A stretch of DNA of 64,000 nucleotides. Source: Hamiltosporidium tvaerminnensis FI-OER-3-3. Lineage: Eukaryota; Fungi; Microsporidia. Positions 25,641 to 38,784 of this stretch are shown here, one piece after another. A program made the translations under genes and the position numbers. Location of the stretch: the NCBI GenBank assembly GCA_022605425.2, contig CM061251.1:62001-126000 (forward strand), read 5' to 3'. Every line of letters starts with the position of its first letter. Positions within the stretch are counted from its first letter, which is position 1. The notes beneath the pieces are model-generated. The model saw only the letters and a list, made by a program, of their open reading frames with translations, was not told where the DNA came from and did no database searches.

Positions 25641-28476
25641 TTTGCAATTCGTCTCAAATGTATTCTAATTTGTGCAGACTTTCTAAGAAGCAAAACGAAG
25701 GTATGATTCGTTTTATTAACACTATATTCCCATCATGATATAAGAATAAAAAGAAGTACGGTTTTTTTGTTTCATCTTTTTTTATTTTAAGTTATTTTAT
25801 CGAATTTTTATTTTTTTAAAAAGTGACTTAAAATGCGTTTTCATTTGATAAATATTAAAGGCTCTTATGAAAATATATTCATTTTTTACTCATTTTAGGT
25901 AAAAATTTATTCATATTTCTCGTTAATATCACAGCAAAAATTTTATTTTTTTGATCAGTTACATCTTTTTGGAAAATATAATATTTATTAAAACCAAAAA
26001 AGGTAAAAACTTTTAAAAAATAATGTTAAATTATATTAATACATTTAAAAAATATAAACTAAATGATCAAAGTCCAAGTGAACGATCTGTAATCTTAACA
26101 GAAAGAAAAATATTTTTTAATTTTAACACTTCTTTTACCGTCAAACTTATTATATATCTTGGTCTTTGAAAATGAAATTTGTGTTAGTTACTTACTTTGA
26201 GCTTGGCTTCCCTTCGGATCTTTGCAGATCAACTTTTTCAAATATTTCAACCTACCTTTATAAGTATCTTTTAATATAGGTAGCATCATCCGAACGTTTG
26301 AAATACAAATAGACTTTGCTTTTGTATGAAGTATTTGTAGAATGATAAATTATGATAGTTTATTCAAACATATCTTGATTCTGATTTCTAATACCTTTTT
26401 TCATCATCTTTTTTTTAGATTTTATACATCCATTGTCTTTTAATCTCATATTATTTAAATATAATTCTATTTTAAAACACAGAAGTTTATTGTTTTAAAA
26501 TTCAGCTCAATATGCTTAAAATTTTTATAATTGTTTTTAATATATTTTATATTCGCCAAATCTTTACATTAAATCTAGTAAAAAATATTATTCTATATCT
26601 TCTTTATGAGAGTTTTTAAGGTTGCAGTTGTTTCATTGAAATTTTTTTAGAAGCATGTAAATAAATTCTGAGTATAGTTTGCTCAACCAATTACTTTAGG
26701 TAGATGATTGGTTAAGTACAGACGAAATGATTGTGTTGGAACTTCTATCAAAACACTTAGAAATAGAATTCGGTTAATATATATTGCCTCTATTTTTAAA
26801 ATGAACTCTTAGGTAACCTTTTCGACCATTATTTGGAATTAAACGAGATTTATAATTTTATTCTTACTCCAGGTTTTATGTTCCTATTATTACACCATGG
26901 AGGGCAATAAAAACTTAATTTAATAGTTTAAATGTGGTTATTCTCGACCAACATTAGACGTTACAAGTGTAATTAAAACTATAACTTATTTATTCATTAT
27001 ATTACCTTTAACGTAACTCGATTTTATTCCATATATTTCTCACTAAGCTATTGCATATATTCAATTCTTTTATAATAATCCATGGCTAGTTTATAACTAA
27101 ATACACATTTCTCTTTGAAGAGAAAGTAAACACAGTGTGTGTTGTATATGATTTAAAAACGATATTTTTAATTGCGGTGAATTGTGCTCTTTCTTTAATT
27201 AAAAAAGATATTTTTGTGAGGTTATATTGCTTTATCGAATAATTCTGAACCTGGAATTCATGATTCAATAGTAAAACAATCTTTTATCATGTCCTACAAT
27301 TATTTGAATGTTCTAATGTATCTGAGAAAGATTTGAATTTATAGTTTCCTAATTTTCGAGATTTTATGAAACTTCTGGCCGATTTTGCATTTCCTCTTGT
27401 CTTCTGACTACTCTATAATGCAATTCTCATCAATTAAGCATCAGAAGCCTAATAAATTTAATTCCGTGATAAATTCATATGCTAGAAATTATTTGCGTCA
27501 ATATTTTGAGAAATTCTCTATGTATTATCTTCTAAAGTGTGAATGATTTCATCTATGATGAATGCTTCGACATGGAAACAATTCATGACTACAACTTCTC
27601 CGAAATGGGTTTCTCCGTCTCTATATTCGTATTTATGTTCAAACTTAGGTATTTTTTTAAAATTTTCGAGGGTATATGTTTCCAATACTAATAAGGTGGG
27701 AAGTTTTTCAATCGGTATGAGTGTTTAGGTTTCACCGTGTCAAGCTTCAAAGCAAAAATAACACCTATTACACGGGTTAAATAATCGAAGTAATTTCACA
27801 AGAAATAACTTGATTCTAACTGGATTGTAATAAAGGTTTCTTATGCGCTTTTCGATGCCTATAAAGAGAATTACTTTAACTTAAAGTCTTTCCTCTTCAA
27901 GATATTTCTTAAATTATCGCGATTACACGCTTCAGAATCCTTTCAGTTTCTGCTGTTTTTTTATCTAAATCCTGTTATTATACATGCAAATTCATATTAG
28001 CTTCTTTCAATATATTTAATTCGAGATCAGATATTTTTTTTAATAAATAAGCACTCACTTTCCAATAATCCAAAGAATTCATCAATTATGAAAGTATAGC
28101 CCTCTCTAAGGCCTTAAAGGATAGAATATGGTTTTATCTTTAGAAATAAATCTTCTTGGAATCCTATATTTACAGGTAGCTATTTTTTTTGACAAACTGA
28201 ATTGCAGCGGGATCTAAGGACAGCGTACTCTTTAAATATTTTCCAAAAAATATATTATAGCAGTGTTCTGGTCTGGGTTGGCGGATAGACGGTTTCTTCA
28301 AGAACCACAATTTTCGGCTTATAATCTCTCTGAATATTCTTAAACCACCCAGAAAGTCGTAGATTTGCAAAAAAAGCTGATAATTTCTCATTAATGTCTT
28401 TTTTTTACAGTGAACTTAAATAGGCTACTTTGATTTTTCCCAGCCTTCGAAGCACATAATGTTTATGTTACAACTG

Positions 28477-28715
28477 TCATCATCATCTTCGGCACTTCAG
28501 TCCTACACGAGTCTTAACCCTCCTCACTAATACCGCCTATCGGTCTCTTTCCAATGGGTTCGTTTCGTTTTTTGATTTTCGTAACAAGGTGATTTTAAAG
28601 GGTAAGTTTCTAGCTCCACGTCCAACCTCAGCCAAAGGACTGGTCCTTTTTAGTCGTCTCTTACGACAAACAGTGAATATTCCCAGCTAGTTCTGCTCCT
28701 CGCATGATGGGGAAA
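28477..28715 (-). mobile_element. Bipartite RTE-derived non-autonomous element (SINE-like), copy 2
   Basis: Homologous to 17848-18083. Minus strand ends GGACTGAAGTGCCGAAGATGATGATGA, a (GAT)n tail. Confidence 0.8.
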
Positions 28716-29334
28716 TGGTTTTCTTCATACATATCATATTTATCTAATAAAAAACGTTTGATTGGTACTTTACAGAATGTATTTAATATAAATTATGTAA
28801 ATAATCCAGAATTGGAAGTTAAAACCCAGAGAAAAGGGATTAAATGCGAAAAATATAATCAAAGTGCAGTTTTGAAATACTTTCAAAAGCACAAATAATA
28901 CCATAATTACTTTATATAGAAGAAAATTTTTTACTAGATGTTTTAAACAAAACAAATGCTTAACTACATTGTTTTTTCTCATAAATAGATTGAGAAAACA
29001 CAATATTTTTAATGATATGCTTAATAGATACGTTTAAAATAAAAAAATTCAACCTTATACTTATATTATTCATATAAGAATTTTAGCAAAAATTCGAATT
29101 TAAGTAAAAAACTTTAAATGCTAAATAATAATATATTATATATTTATGAACTTATAATAATTATTGATTAATTGAAATCTATTTAGGTTTGTTCTAAAAT
29201 ATAAAATATAAAATAATGTTTATTCTCAAAGATTTAAATTTATAACAAATTTATTCCAAAATTTAAATTTATATAAAAATAAAGTACTTCAAAATTAATT
29301 AATTATTAATTAGAAATTAAAATGATAAAAAGAA

Positions 29335-29406
29335 GGGCCGAGCCGGGGATCGAACCCGGAGCCTCCTGCACCCAAAGCAGGAATTATACCATTAAACCAC
29401 TCGGCC
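29335..29406 (-). tRNA. tRNA-Pro (TGG)
   Basis: GGCCGAG/CTCGGCC acceptor stem, anticodon arm CCTGC-TTTGGGT-GCAGG and T-loop GGTTCGATCC. Followed on the minus strand by TTCTTTTT (Pol III terminator). Confidence 0.97.
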
Positions 29407-29788
29407 TTGTCTAAACCTTAATTAATACACTAAATAAAGTAAAATACACGTAATTTATTGTAGAGCCAATAATTTTATTTAAAAAGTTATATGAAAAAAT
29501 CTTTTGAAATTATATATGTAGAAATATTTAGAGATTCTCAAACTTTGTTTCAAATAAAAATTACTGTTTTAAATTATAAAAAAAATGCGAATTTCAAATA
29601 AGTTGAACTCTATTCTCACAAATTATAATAAATTTATTTTTTTTATACCAAATTTACGTTTTAAAGAAATCCAGCGATTTTTAAATGTGTAGAATCCGAT
29701 TCTTAAACATAAAACAACCTGAAACATTGTGAAACAAACATCAAACCATTCATCATTTCTTAAATAACAAAGCGATATAAACAAACAA

Positions 29789-32554
29789 ATGAAAAGAGAC
29801 TGTACATCTGAGAAGGATAAAAAGAATATTTCGACAAAAAATCCCAAACTTAATTCTACTCTAAATCACATCTCAAACCCAAGTCAATTTACCCCACCAA
29901 GGAACAAAATAATCGCTTACTTCTTTTCATTCTTTTTATTTTTAAAGAACAAATTTAATTTTCATAAGATATTAACTTCCATAATCTACATTTTATTTCC
30001 ACGACTCAAGCAATTCAACAAACTTGTTTCTCCTAGACCAATCCAACCCCTCTATTTACATTCCCCGTCTTCTTCTTCTTCCAAAAACACTTTGAATAGA
30101 GAAATAATCAAGGAACAAATATCTCAAAACAACCACAGTAAGACTTTATCTCGTTATAGATTAAATAAAAAGTCCGGCGAGATAAAGATTCGAAGCTATT
30201 TCATACCAACCAATTTAATTCCATCACCAATAATATTTTTAATCTCAATATTTCAAATATTTGCTGCTCAAGACTTCCTTAACCAATGCACTCTTTATAA
30301 TATACCGATGAATGACTGTCTCAGTTCTCACTATTACCCTTCTCAACAATTTGACAACTTTGTTCATTCGTTTAATCTTCCTATATTTAAAGATCCCACT
30401 TGTAATACAAGAAAATGTTATCTTTTAATAAACAACGCAGACCCACATACTTGTAAAGGATCGGAGTGTAATAATAGTATTACACTTACACCCTGTAAAG
30501 GACAGAACTGTCCCACCCCGCCATTTGATTCCTGCCAAGCACCAAACTGTAATAACAACACTCCAACCAATACGACCCCTAACACACCCTCAAATACACC
30601 CACAAACACATGCCAAGGACCAAACTGCTCTTCTATCGTTACTGTCACTCTCTATCAAACAAAAACAGTCACAATTGACACTCCATTTACTCTTTTTAGA
30701 GAAATAACTTCAACTTTAACCGCAGAACATCTAATAACTCGTTATAAAGTCACAACACTAACATCAACTCAATTCCAAACAGTAAACAACACCCTAACTG
30801 ATTTCAAAACAACCACCGACTTTAAGACAGTAAACAACACCTTAACAGATTATAAGACCACTACAGACTACAAGACGGTAGATAACACCCTCACTGATTA
30901 TAAGACCATTGATAAGACAATCACAGACTTTAAGACAGTAAATAACACAATTACAGATTATAAGACTATTACGGATACAGAAACAGACACCTTAACAACA
31001 ACCATAACACTTCCTAAGAGTATAACAAAGGTTAAGCATAAGCATATTACACACACAGTAAATAACACCCTGACAGAGACAGTTACTGATTATAACACCA
31101 TAACAGACTATAAGACTGTAAATAACACTATTACTAAGATAAAATCCTTTACTGATTATAAGACTGTAGATAACACTATTACCAAGGTAAAACCCTCTAC
31201 ATTATATAAGACAGTAAATAACACCATAAGTATTTCAGAGTCTCTTACCAGTACAAATGCTAAGAATAACACTGTTGATTATAAGACTGTTAATAAAACC
31301 ATTATTAAGACAAACCCCGTAACAGTAAATAACACTATTACTGATTATAACACTGTTACTGACTATAAGACAGTAAATAACACCATTACTATGATAAGAC
31401 CCTTTACTGACTATAACACTGTTACTGATTATAAGACCCTTAATAATACTATAACAGAAATAAGACCTTTTACTGAGTATAACACTGTTACTAAGATAAA
31501 ACCCTTTACTGATTATATGACTGTAACAGATTATAAGACTGTGAATAACACTGTCACTGATTATAAGACTGTTGATAACACTATAAATGATGTTATAACT
31601 GAGATAAAACCATTTACTTTTACTGTTACTGAGATATCTTCTGTTGTTAAGACTGTTCCTAAGAATAAGACCCGTTATAATACTAGAACAGTAACAAAGG
31701 GTGTTACTGTTGTTAAGACTGTACCTGTTATAAGTACTGTCACTGAGAGTGTTATTAAGGAAAATAGTAAAATAACACCTGTTAGTACCAGTGAGACTAT
31801 GCCAATGGCTAACACCTTTTGTCAGACATGTACTGTTACTGATATAACACCTGTTAGTACTCAAGCCGATGTTACGTCAATTAACACCCTTTGTCTTACT
31901 GAATCAAGTCCAAAGATAACACCTGTTAGTAGTAAAGAAAAAGGTACTGTAACTAACACACATTGTGAGACATGTACAGTTACTAAGATAACACCTGTTA
32001 TTTCTACAGACATTATTCCTGTAACTAACACCCTTTGTGAGACATGTACAGTTACTAAGATAACACCTGTTATTACTACAGACAGTATTCCTATAACTAA
32101 CACCCTTTGTGAGACATGTACAGTTGCTAAGATAACACCTGTTATTACTACAGACAGTATTCCGGTAACTAACACCCTTTGTCTTACTGATACTATTACA
32201 GATAATATAACAAGAACTAGAACAAAAACAGTAATTAAAACGATAACAGACAGGGAAAGAGAAAGTAGTGAAATACCAACGAATGAAAAGAAGAAATATA
32301 CAAAAACAATAGCAACAACTGTAAGTAGATCAGATATGACACCTTTAATAGAAACAGTTCCACAAGAAAAAGAGTGCTTAGAGTGCAAACATGTTACTAT
32401 AACAACGTATTTGGATAAAAGAAAGAAGAAAAGAAAAACGGTTGTTAATACTATTTATGCTAAGGAGAGTGTTAGTTCGTGCAATAAAAAGGATAAAAGT
32501 ATTTGTTTGGATGAAAAAGGAAAGGAAATTGTTACAACAATTTACGTTGGGTAA
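29789..32554 (+). CDS. Thr-rich, Cys-containing mucin/flocculin-like surface protein
   Basis: 921-aa ORF. A hydrophobic segment (IIFLISIFQIFAA) precedes a Cys-rich region, many TDYKTVNNT repeats and 24-aa CETCTVTKITPVITTDSIPVTNTL repeats. Confidence 0.8.
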   Translation: MKRDCTSEKDKKNISTKNPKLNSTLNHISNPSQFTPPRNKIIAYFFSFFLFLKNKFNFHKILTSIIYILFPRLKQFNKLVSPRPIQPLYLHSPSSSSSKNTLNREIIKEQISQNNHSKTLSRYRLNKKSGEIKIRSYFIPTNLIPSPIIFLISIFQIFAAQDFLNQCTLYNIPMNDCLSSHYYPSQQFDNFVHSFNLPIFKDPTCNTRKCYLLINNADPHTCKGSECNNSITLTPCKGQNCPTPPFDSCQAPNCNNNTPTNTTPNTPSNTPTNTCQGPNCSSIVTVTLYQTKTVTIDTPFTLFREITSTLTAEHLITRYKVTTLTSTQFQTVNNTLTDFKTTTDFKTVNNTLTDYKTTTDYKTVDNTLTDYKTIDKTITDFKTVNNTITDYKTITDTETDTLTTTITLPKSITKVKHKHITHTVNNTLTETVTDYNTITDYKTVNNTITKIKSFTDYKTVDNTITKVKPSTLYKTVNNTISISESLTSTNAKNNTVDYKTVNKTIIKTNPVTVNNTITDYNTVTDYKTVNNTITMIRPFTDYNTVTDYKTLNNTITEIRPFTEYNTVTKIKPFTDYMTVTDYKTVNNTVTDYKTVDNTINDVITEIKPFTFTVTEISSVVKTVPKNKTRYNTRTVTKGVTVVKTVPVISTVTESVIKENSKITPVSTSETMPMANTFCQTCTVTDITPVSTQADVTSINTLCLTESSPKITPVSSKEKGTVTNTHCETCTVTKITPVISTDIIPVTNTLCETCTVTKITPVITTDSIPITNTLCETCTVAKITPVITTDSIPVTNTLCLTDTITDNITRTRTKTVIKTITDRERESSEIPTNEKKKYTKTIATTVSRSDMTPLIETVPQEKECLECKHVTITTYLDKRKKKRKTVVNTIYAKESVSSCNKKDKSICLDEKGKEIVTTIYVG

Positions 32555-34899
32555 GGAGGTCAGTGTTGATAAATCATAAAACATATACAGTTAATTAAAG
32601 AGTTATAATATTAATTTTTCTTGATTAAAAATGTGCTATATTATTTTTAATTTAGTTAATACATAATACTATAAAAGTTTAAATTTTTTTGATCTACAAA
32701 TACATCAAAATGAATAAATAATATTTTATTTCTTATTTCTTTGTATTTATTTGAGGCTGCACTATTTATATTTATTGTTATATTCTAATGCATTTTCCTT
32801 GTCATAATTCCTATTATTTGCATTTCTGTGGCAAATGTATCAGTAATAACTATAGTTTTATGCATCTACGATTATATGTCCAATATTATACATTTTAGAT
32901 AAATGAATTATCATTATAATATTAATCATGCTTTAATACATCTTGTTACTCAAGAGTTTAATACTTACACTTGTTCAAAGATCGTTTGTTTTTGAAGAGT
33001 TTCTAATGTAAAAATCTTTGATTGAGCATTTCATGTATAATAAATTTATTTCTTTGCCTCTTAACTATTAACGATCCATTATACGCAAAACTAGTAATAA
33101 TTTGTAGACATTCATCGTGTAAAAAATCACAAAAAAATTTTTCAAATTACGCATTTCTGAACATAGCATATGTTTATAAAATCATGAATCTATTATATAA
33201 TTTTTCAAATCTTTTAATAAAGTTATAATGCTTGTTACTATTTAGATATCGAATTTTTAACTAATATTAGATATATTTATATTCTATTCTAAGTTTTTAT
33301 ATTTAAAATTTCATATATTCTAATAGAAATACCTGTAAATAGATTTTCGGAATTATTGTAACCATATGTATCAATTTTTTAGAAATAGCTTTATTTAATT
33401 CAGATACATCGTTTTTTAGTCAATGAATGCCAAATTTCTTTATAAGGGGGGAATGTCTTATATTGTTTTCATGTCATTATGCAGTTCTGGTTTTGACATA
33501 GATAAATGCCCCGTCTTAAAAACCATCTTTATTCCGAAAAATAACTAAATTGCAAAGCAGTTCATTAAAAAAAATGTAAACCAATTGATTAACAAGATAG
33601 TTTCCTGTGTTGTTAAGCCCGTGGTTGGAGTCTGATTGAAAATTGAAAAGCATCATAGGCTGCAAAACCAGCAGAATTTCTACTTATCCGACACTTCCAA
33701 ATTGTTTAAGATTAAATAAGATATATCTCGGCGACTTAAATGAGGTTTTAGACGTTGCAATGCCAGACCAAAAGATAAAATCTGGCATTTAGCTTTTAAT
33801 CTGTAAAATGTTTTATATTTGTATCTCATAAGCGCCAGGACTTCTAATCTGAGCTGAAAGCCTATATTTCCATGATTTTACACGACCATTACTACAAACT
33901 TATCGCTATCTTTCAATCGGTTTACATAAACAACTACAACTAACTTTATAAAATTTTCATATTTTTGTAGAGTCTCGCCTCCTTAAACAAATTCTTATCG
34001 AAATCAACCAAAATGTAGTATGATTTTAATCTACTAAAAATCCAAATACTGACTATTATATTGATTTCACATAATCATCAGCAAAAAGATAGCTGTAATG
34101 TTGTAACCCATTCTGTCTCTTTCTATCATAAAATTATTTCTTATACAAAGGATTTTTTTAGCGGTATCAAAAGACACCTTTATTACCTATAGATTTAACA
34201 AAAATTGTTGTATTCCATTATTTTTCCCGCTTTCGTTTATTACATTTAGTTGCTAATTACATTAATTAACGTAAAAGCAAACAAATTAAAAGGATAAAAA
34301 AACCAAATATTGGTAAATCTATGTATTTTTCAAAGTTTATTTTAGTAGCTTAGAAGTAATTATTTTCCTTTTTATGACATAAGATTAAAATAAAGAAAGT
34401 CCAAATATAAAGGAATCGTTAAAAAGCTATACGAAGACATCGAGCAATAGAATACTTTGAAAAATAATTTACTCAAATAACATTTTGTTGAATGTTCTTG
34501 ATTTTATTATATTAACTTTTAAATAATCAATTTTCTAATTTCTTATGTTTGTGATTTTATTCGTTTTCAGTTCCTTTTTAGCGGTTTTTTTCCGCAAAAA
34601 ATGAAAAAATGTATCGTTCCCACCCACATGCAACTATCAGATATGATAACATGCAAATTTATCTTTGGCTATCTTTCAACTCAAATAGAGGAAACTAACT
34701 CAATAAAATGTTATTTTAAATCCGAAATCTTTATATTTAATATTTAAGTATTAGGAAATGTTATACACGTATACCATACGATATAAAATATTCGAGAAAA
34801 TTTCAACAATAGCTTTTTAAAATAATAAAAACCACAATTTTATTTTACAAAATAATTTAATTTATTGCTATTCTATAATCTAATAATCAAATTTTTAAA

Positions 34900-36390
34900 T
34901 CAATATTGAACCAAAAAGTCATGTATTTGATCAATTTTCTACGCCAAACATATGAAAGTATTTTATTTTTTGTTTCTAAATCAATTATGTTTGTCTACAT
35001 CTAAAAAGAGAAAGAGTTCATACATTCCCAAGTCTAATGGTGATTCTATTCAACAAATTTCCACTTCATCTTAAACGAGTACAAATAAAAAATTTAAAAT
35101 TGAACATAAAGATATAAAAAGAGAATATAATGATCCTAAAAAAAGCGAGTTAAAAAACATGTATAATGATATAGTAGAGTGTATTAGGTTTTTTGAGAAT
35201 AAAAAAAACGAAGAATTATTAGAGGGAGGAAATTTTAGGGTCTATAAATAAGTGAAAGAAGTGTTGGATAAGTTTTTTATAACTTACAATTCTCGGCAGA
35301 AAACTCCCAAAAAAGAAAATGGAAGCTATGTTCAGCCATATTCCAGTGGAGTAGTATTAAAAGAATTAGAAGAAATGTGAAATTATGTGAAAAATAAAAA
35401 TATCATGGATCCTGGATTTGTAGACAAAAATTTTGAATTTTCTAATAAATTAATTCAAATCGAACGGAGCAAATATGATAATTTTATAGAAGACGATAAT
35501 AAAATTTTGGTGCAAGAAATTGAATTGAAAAATAAATTTAATAATATACTGTCTAATAAAAATTATTCATTTTTACAAGATTTGATGTATTTTCATTTTT
35601 ATACAAAGATAATTTTAAATCCAATCTAAAATTTGGTAACGTTTTACTTGCGGCTTTTTTATTTGAAGTAATTGAAATAGAATTAGAAAAAATGTTTGAT
35701 ATTTGAGTCAAAAGAGCAAGAATCAAGTAGTTTTGAATTCGAGATAAATATATTGTATTTGCGACCTTTACTTTCACAAATTTTAATTTTGATAAGTGAC
35801 AACTCTTCTCATGTTAATTTGTATTTTTATTCGAGTATATTAAATTTCATGTCTTATTCACTTAAATTGAAGGGAATACTAGAAACATCTTTTTGTAAAA
35901 TTATGTTAAATATTATATATTCCTGTTGTTTTTATATCGAAATCAAGGATGCGGTTGCTTTACTAGATTCTGTAATTGACATTGGTAGAGATATTCTGGG
36001 TGGATTAAACAATACAAGGTTACACTTGAAAAATTCACAGATATTCTGAAGAGATTTGCAAAAGAAGAGTTATTGTGGGATCGTATCCTGGCATTAAGAT
36101 TATTTTACACAAAGTACAAAAGCAAACTAGCTCATAATATTTTGGACAAGTTATATACCAAACAGAATACTTTTACTCAAGAAAAAATTATATCTCTTAG
36201 AAACACAGATATTAAAAAGTGGTTTAAAATATTAATTACAAATTTTATTTGTACGAAATGATGAAAATAAAGATTTTTGCACGGTATGATTTATCAAATG
36301 ATCATTTAAAATCAATTTGTACGTTTGAATATTCAAATATGAGGTTAATGAATGATCATTTACGAAAATTCCATAATTTCTTAGATAAAT
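34900..36390 (+). pseudogene. Disrupted member of a lineage-specific gene family (paralogue of 24200-25640)
   Basis: Colinear ORF fragments 35387-35629, 35696-36049 and 36073-36261 are similar to the 24.7-25.6 kb fragments. Confidence 0.75.
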
Positions 36391-38784
36391 AATAAATTAA
36401 AGATTTTTATTTTCATTAAATTTAACCAAAATTAATTTTTGATCAATAAAAATATATGCTTGTGATATTTTTTCAGTTATAACAGTTTATCCTTTAAGTA
36501 TTTATATTTGAGATATCGTAAATTGTAAATTGTATTTGAATATATATAAATCTAATATGCATCTATGCCTTATTTGTACTCGACGTATATTTTGTATATT
36601 ATATAGCAATACCGATATCTTAGTTCTATATTTTTTGGCGTTTTTTAACTTCTAATCTAACTAAAATAACCAAGCGATGAATAAAAATCAGTTAAGAATG
36701 TTTACTGAACGATTTCCGGTTTTCATCAAATCTAAATCCTATTAAATTGTAAATCAAATAAACCGACTAATTATTTGTTTGGTTTAAATTTAATAATTGT
36801 TAATTTGCTCTTTAAAATTCATCAATTTTGTTTAGATGTTTTCGTTATAAGAAAACCCTCTAAATGTAGTGATTTCATGGTTAAAATTGAACCAATTTTG
36901 TGATTTGGAATTTCGATTTAAGAAGATTGTATTACAGATTTGAGGCTTTGAATAATATGTTGAGACTTGAAGTTTGAAATATTCGTTTAGCCGATGAATT
37001 TTAAGGTATGCAAGAAGTTATAATATAATGTAAGCTCATTTGTTTGTACTTTCTTTTTGAACGGAATTATTCTTTTCAATTGCCTTGGATTTTTAATAAT
37101 AGCTTTTAAAATTATAGATTAATATTGCGGTTTTCATGGTTAAATAAAAAAGAGTTTTGTGTCTAAATAAACGGTAAAAAATACTAAACATTAGATAATG
37201 CTTTCGCAAAAAAAGCATTCTAATCATTCATTTCTGTTCCAATTCTTCTTTAATTGATTTGTTTTGCTATTTTAAAATCTAATACTAGATTAAACTTTAA
37301 ATGCCAATGGCTTTTAGCTGCTCAGATTATAATTAAAAACAGACAAAAACAAGCAAAAAAACAGATAATTTGTTAAGGAAAATGAGAAAAGAATATTTGT
37401 ATAGGTAAGAAAACTACAATGGAGTTTTCTTAATGTCAAAAATATTTCAAAAAAGTCAAATTCCACGTTATTCTGTCAAGAGAATATTTCAAGCCCAGCT
37501 TAAAAATTAAATATATCCACTTTATAAAAATTTTAGCGATGAATTTATATCTTGCGTTAAGAAATCCTATATTAATAATTGCATGATCCTATGCCTCAGA
37601 GATCAATATGAGGTAGCCGAATTAAAAATAGATTATTACGTCGTGAAATAAGGAATCTTCTCTATTAAAAAATGGTGGAGGTAAAAAAGTATTTTTGATA
37701 AATAAAAGTGTAATTTATATTTAAAACTAATTTCCAAGGCTAAAAAACCAAGTAAGCAATCGAGAAATTCCATTTCTTGGCTCTTCTTTTATAGGAACAG
37801 AGCATGACCTATAAGTAAATTGGAGCCTCGCCAAACTCATGTATTTTATAGAAATTTATTTTAATTGGTTAAATTATCCGCCTAACGAAAAGGGAAATTA
37901 AGTCATGAACCTTCATTGTAGAAGGACAAAATTTGTTTGAATATAGCCACAAAAAAGACTGAAAAAAGCTTTTACTACCTTTAAATCTCGGTTATAATCT
38001 TTAATCTAAGAATAGATTTTCAAAATTGTAAGAGAAATCGGAAACGTTCATCTTCTTATGAACGAGATTTAAATGAACTCATTATTATGTTTAAACATAA
38101 AAAAATCCATTGACTCAAGAGACTAGGTGCATATTTGAACATTTTTCATTAAAAAATAAGAAAAGGCTATACTAACACAAATCTATATATTGGAACCAAA
38201 GAAGAACTAATGCGAAACATCAAACGGAAGTTTACCATACCTTATAAAGCACTTTATTAATTATTTCATACAGAAACGACACATATAGAACCAATCTATA
38301 TTAATGTTATAAATTGAAAGTAAGCATATAGAACAAAGAGAGCAAAACAAAAGACTGAACATAAAAGCATAAACTTATAAAAAAATAATGAAAGACTCAG
38401 ACACGATGCACAAATTAAGCTTGTATGTCGAAAAACTGTCTCAGAAACAGCAGATTATGCTTCCATAAAAAAACTTAGAGTTTAATGATTTAAATATCTG
38501 GAATGTAGATTAAATAGAGGTAGGTATTACTAAGAATTTAACTTCTGAAATTCTATTTTTCAAAAATCTAAAAATAAAATATAAACGATTTTAATTATAT
38601 TTTAAGCAAAATATTGTGACACAATGACAAATTTCTGCTCAACTATTTAAATGTTTAATCTGTTTCATTTTTCTGAACATTATATTTTACTAAGTTAATA
38701 ATTGAAAATTATTTTACTAAAACTTATTTAGTCAACAGTATTACGCTCCAAAGAGCTCTGGTTTCATTTACTATAAACTTTATT

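Noticed and set aside
30418-32584. Antisense ORFs over the Thr-rich gene
   Set aside because: They are explained by the repetitive codon usage of the + strand gene.
33420-33900. Tc1/IS630-like fragment (LVIFRNKDGF) on the minus strand
   Set aside because: Catalytic residues are not recognisable and no TIRs were found.
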